From the NCBI GenBank assembly GCA_041650935.1, contig JBAZKH010000001.1:347337-411336 (forward strand): a stretch of DNA of 64,000 nt, written 5' to 3'. The notes under the pieces were generated by a model. That model was not told the origin of the DNA. It made no database searches and saw only the letters and a program-made list of their open reading frames with translations. A program made the translations under genes and the position numbers. Each line of letters opens with the position of its first letter. The stretch's first letter is position 1. This document shows, in pieces, positions 63,881 to 64,000 of this stretch. This DNA is from Candidatus Omnitrophota bacterium (GTDB lineage Bacteria; Omnitrophota; Gorgyraeia; 2-01-FULL-45-10).

Positions 63881-64000
63881 ATGCCAAAACTTGATAAGAC
63901 TCTTTCGCGATTGATCCCCGCCGGCCCCATCAGGGAGATGTTAAAGTCCGCTTTCTACAAATTTTATTATAACAACAAGCATGTCGCGGGGAACGGTTTC
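63881..64000 (+). CDS. 5' end of an unidentified CDS (partial, runs off the window)
   Basis: ATG at 63881. Open frame to the window end (MPKLDKTLSRLIPAGPIREML...). Confidence 0.3.
   Translation, partial: MPKLDKTLSRLIPAGPIREMLKSAFYKFYYNNKHVAGNGF

Noticed and set aside
63646-63894. 82-aa ORF from the supplied track
   Set aside because: The overlapping frame starting at 63704 has an AAGGAGA RBS. It encodes a 52-aa hydrophobic peptide matching the small partner proteins of SxtJ/carbamoyltransferase loci. The 82-aa frame has no RBS and no motifs.

Overview
This 64 kb window is a bacterial chromosomal segment, almost entirely coding on the + strand. Codon usage (AGG/AGA arginine), DUF1559-like prepilins, a PEP-CTERM protein and a DUF1570-like peptidase suggest an uncultivated PVC/Omnitrophota-like lineage, but I cannot assign taxonomy from sequence alone.

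Housekeeping backbone:
- A type IV pilus cluster (minor pilins, two PilA-like pilins, pilMNOPQ).
- rng, the rplU-rpmA-obg-proB-proA block, nadD, rsfS-argS-mfd.
- An E. coli-like surA-pdxA-rsmA(ksgA) block, gatCAB, ctpA, tsaD, mgtC, larB-larC.

Accessory or unusual content:
1. Two DUF1566 (Lcl_C, lectin-like) proteins embedded in the minor-pilin module, one fused to a PilX/GspK-like pseudopilin N-terminus.
2. An N- and C-terminally truncated Mfd.
3. A bactofilin fused to an excisionase-type HTH.
4. LarC fused in-frame to a hydrophobic segment plus tandem PDZ domains.
5. A degenerate array of orphan Rhs C-terminal cassettes at about 37.2-39.6 kb. Each unit is a conserved non-coding leader plus the RHS core tip. 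One unit carries a glycine-zipper-type toxin CT and a low-GC Sel1-repeat putative immunity gene.
6. A PEP-CTERM protein.
7. A type II FAS/PKS-like lipid biosynthetic cluster (41.1-48.8 kb): a KS paired with a KS-like protein that lacks all three catalytic residues, ACP, FabG, FabZ, an ICMT-like methyltransferase, a nitroreductase and a CrtI-like desaturase. An HK / 2x CheY / HD-GYP module follows it.
8. An AT-rich island encoding a 1418-aa HEAT-repeat protein with an internal lipobox.
9. A glycan-modification cluster: DUF3131 glucoamylase-like with CBM9, an SGNH hydrolase, a NodU/CmcH carbamoyltransferase, an SxtJ-like protein, and an unlisted 52-aa DUF5989-like ORF.

No rRNA, tRNA or CRISPR arrays were recognised. 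Several long minus-strand ORFs are antisense artefacts of GC-rich + strand genes.
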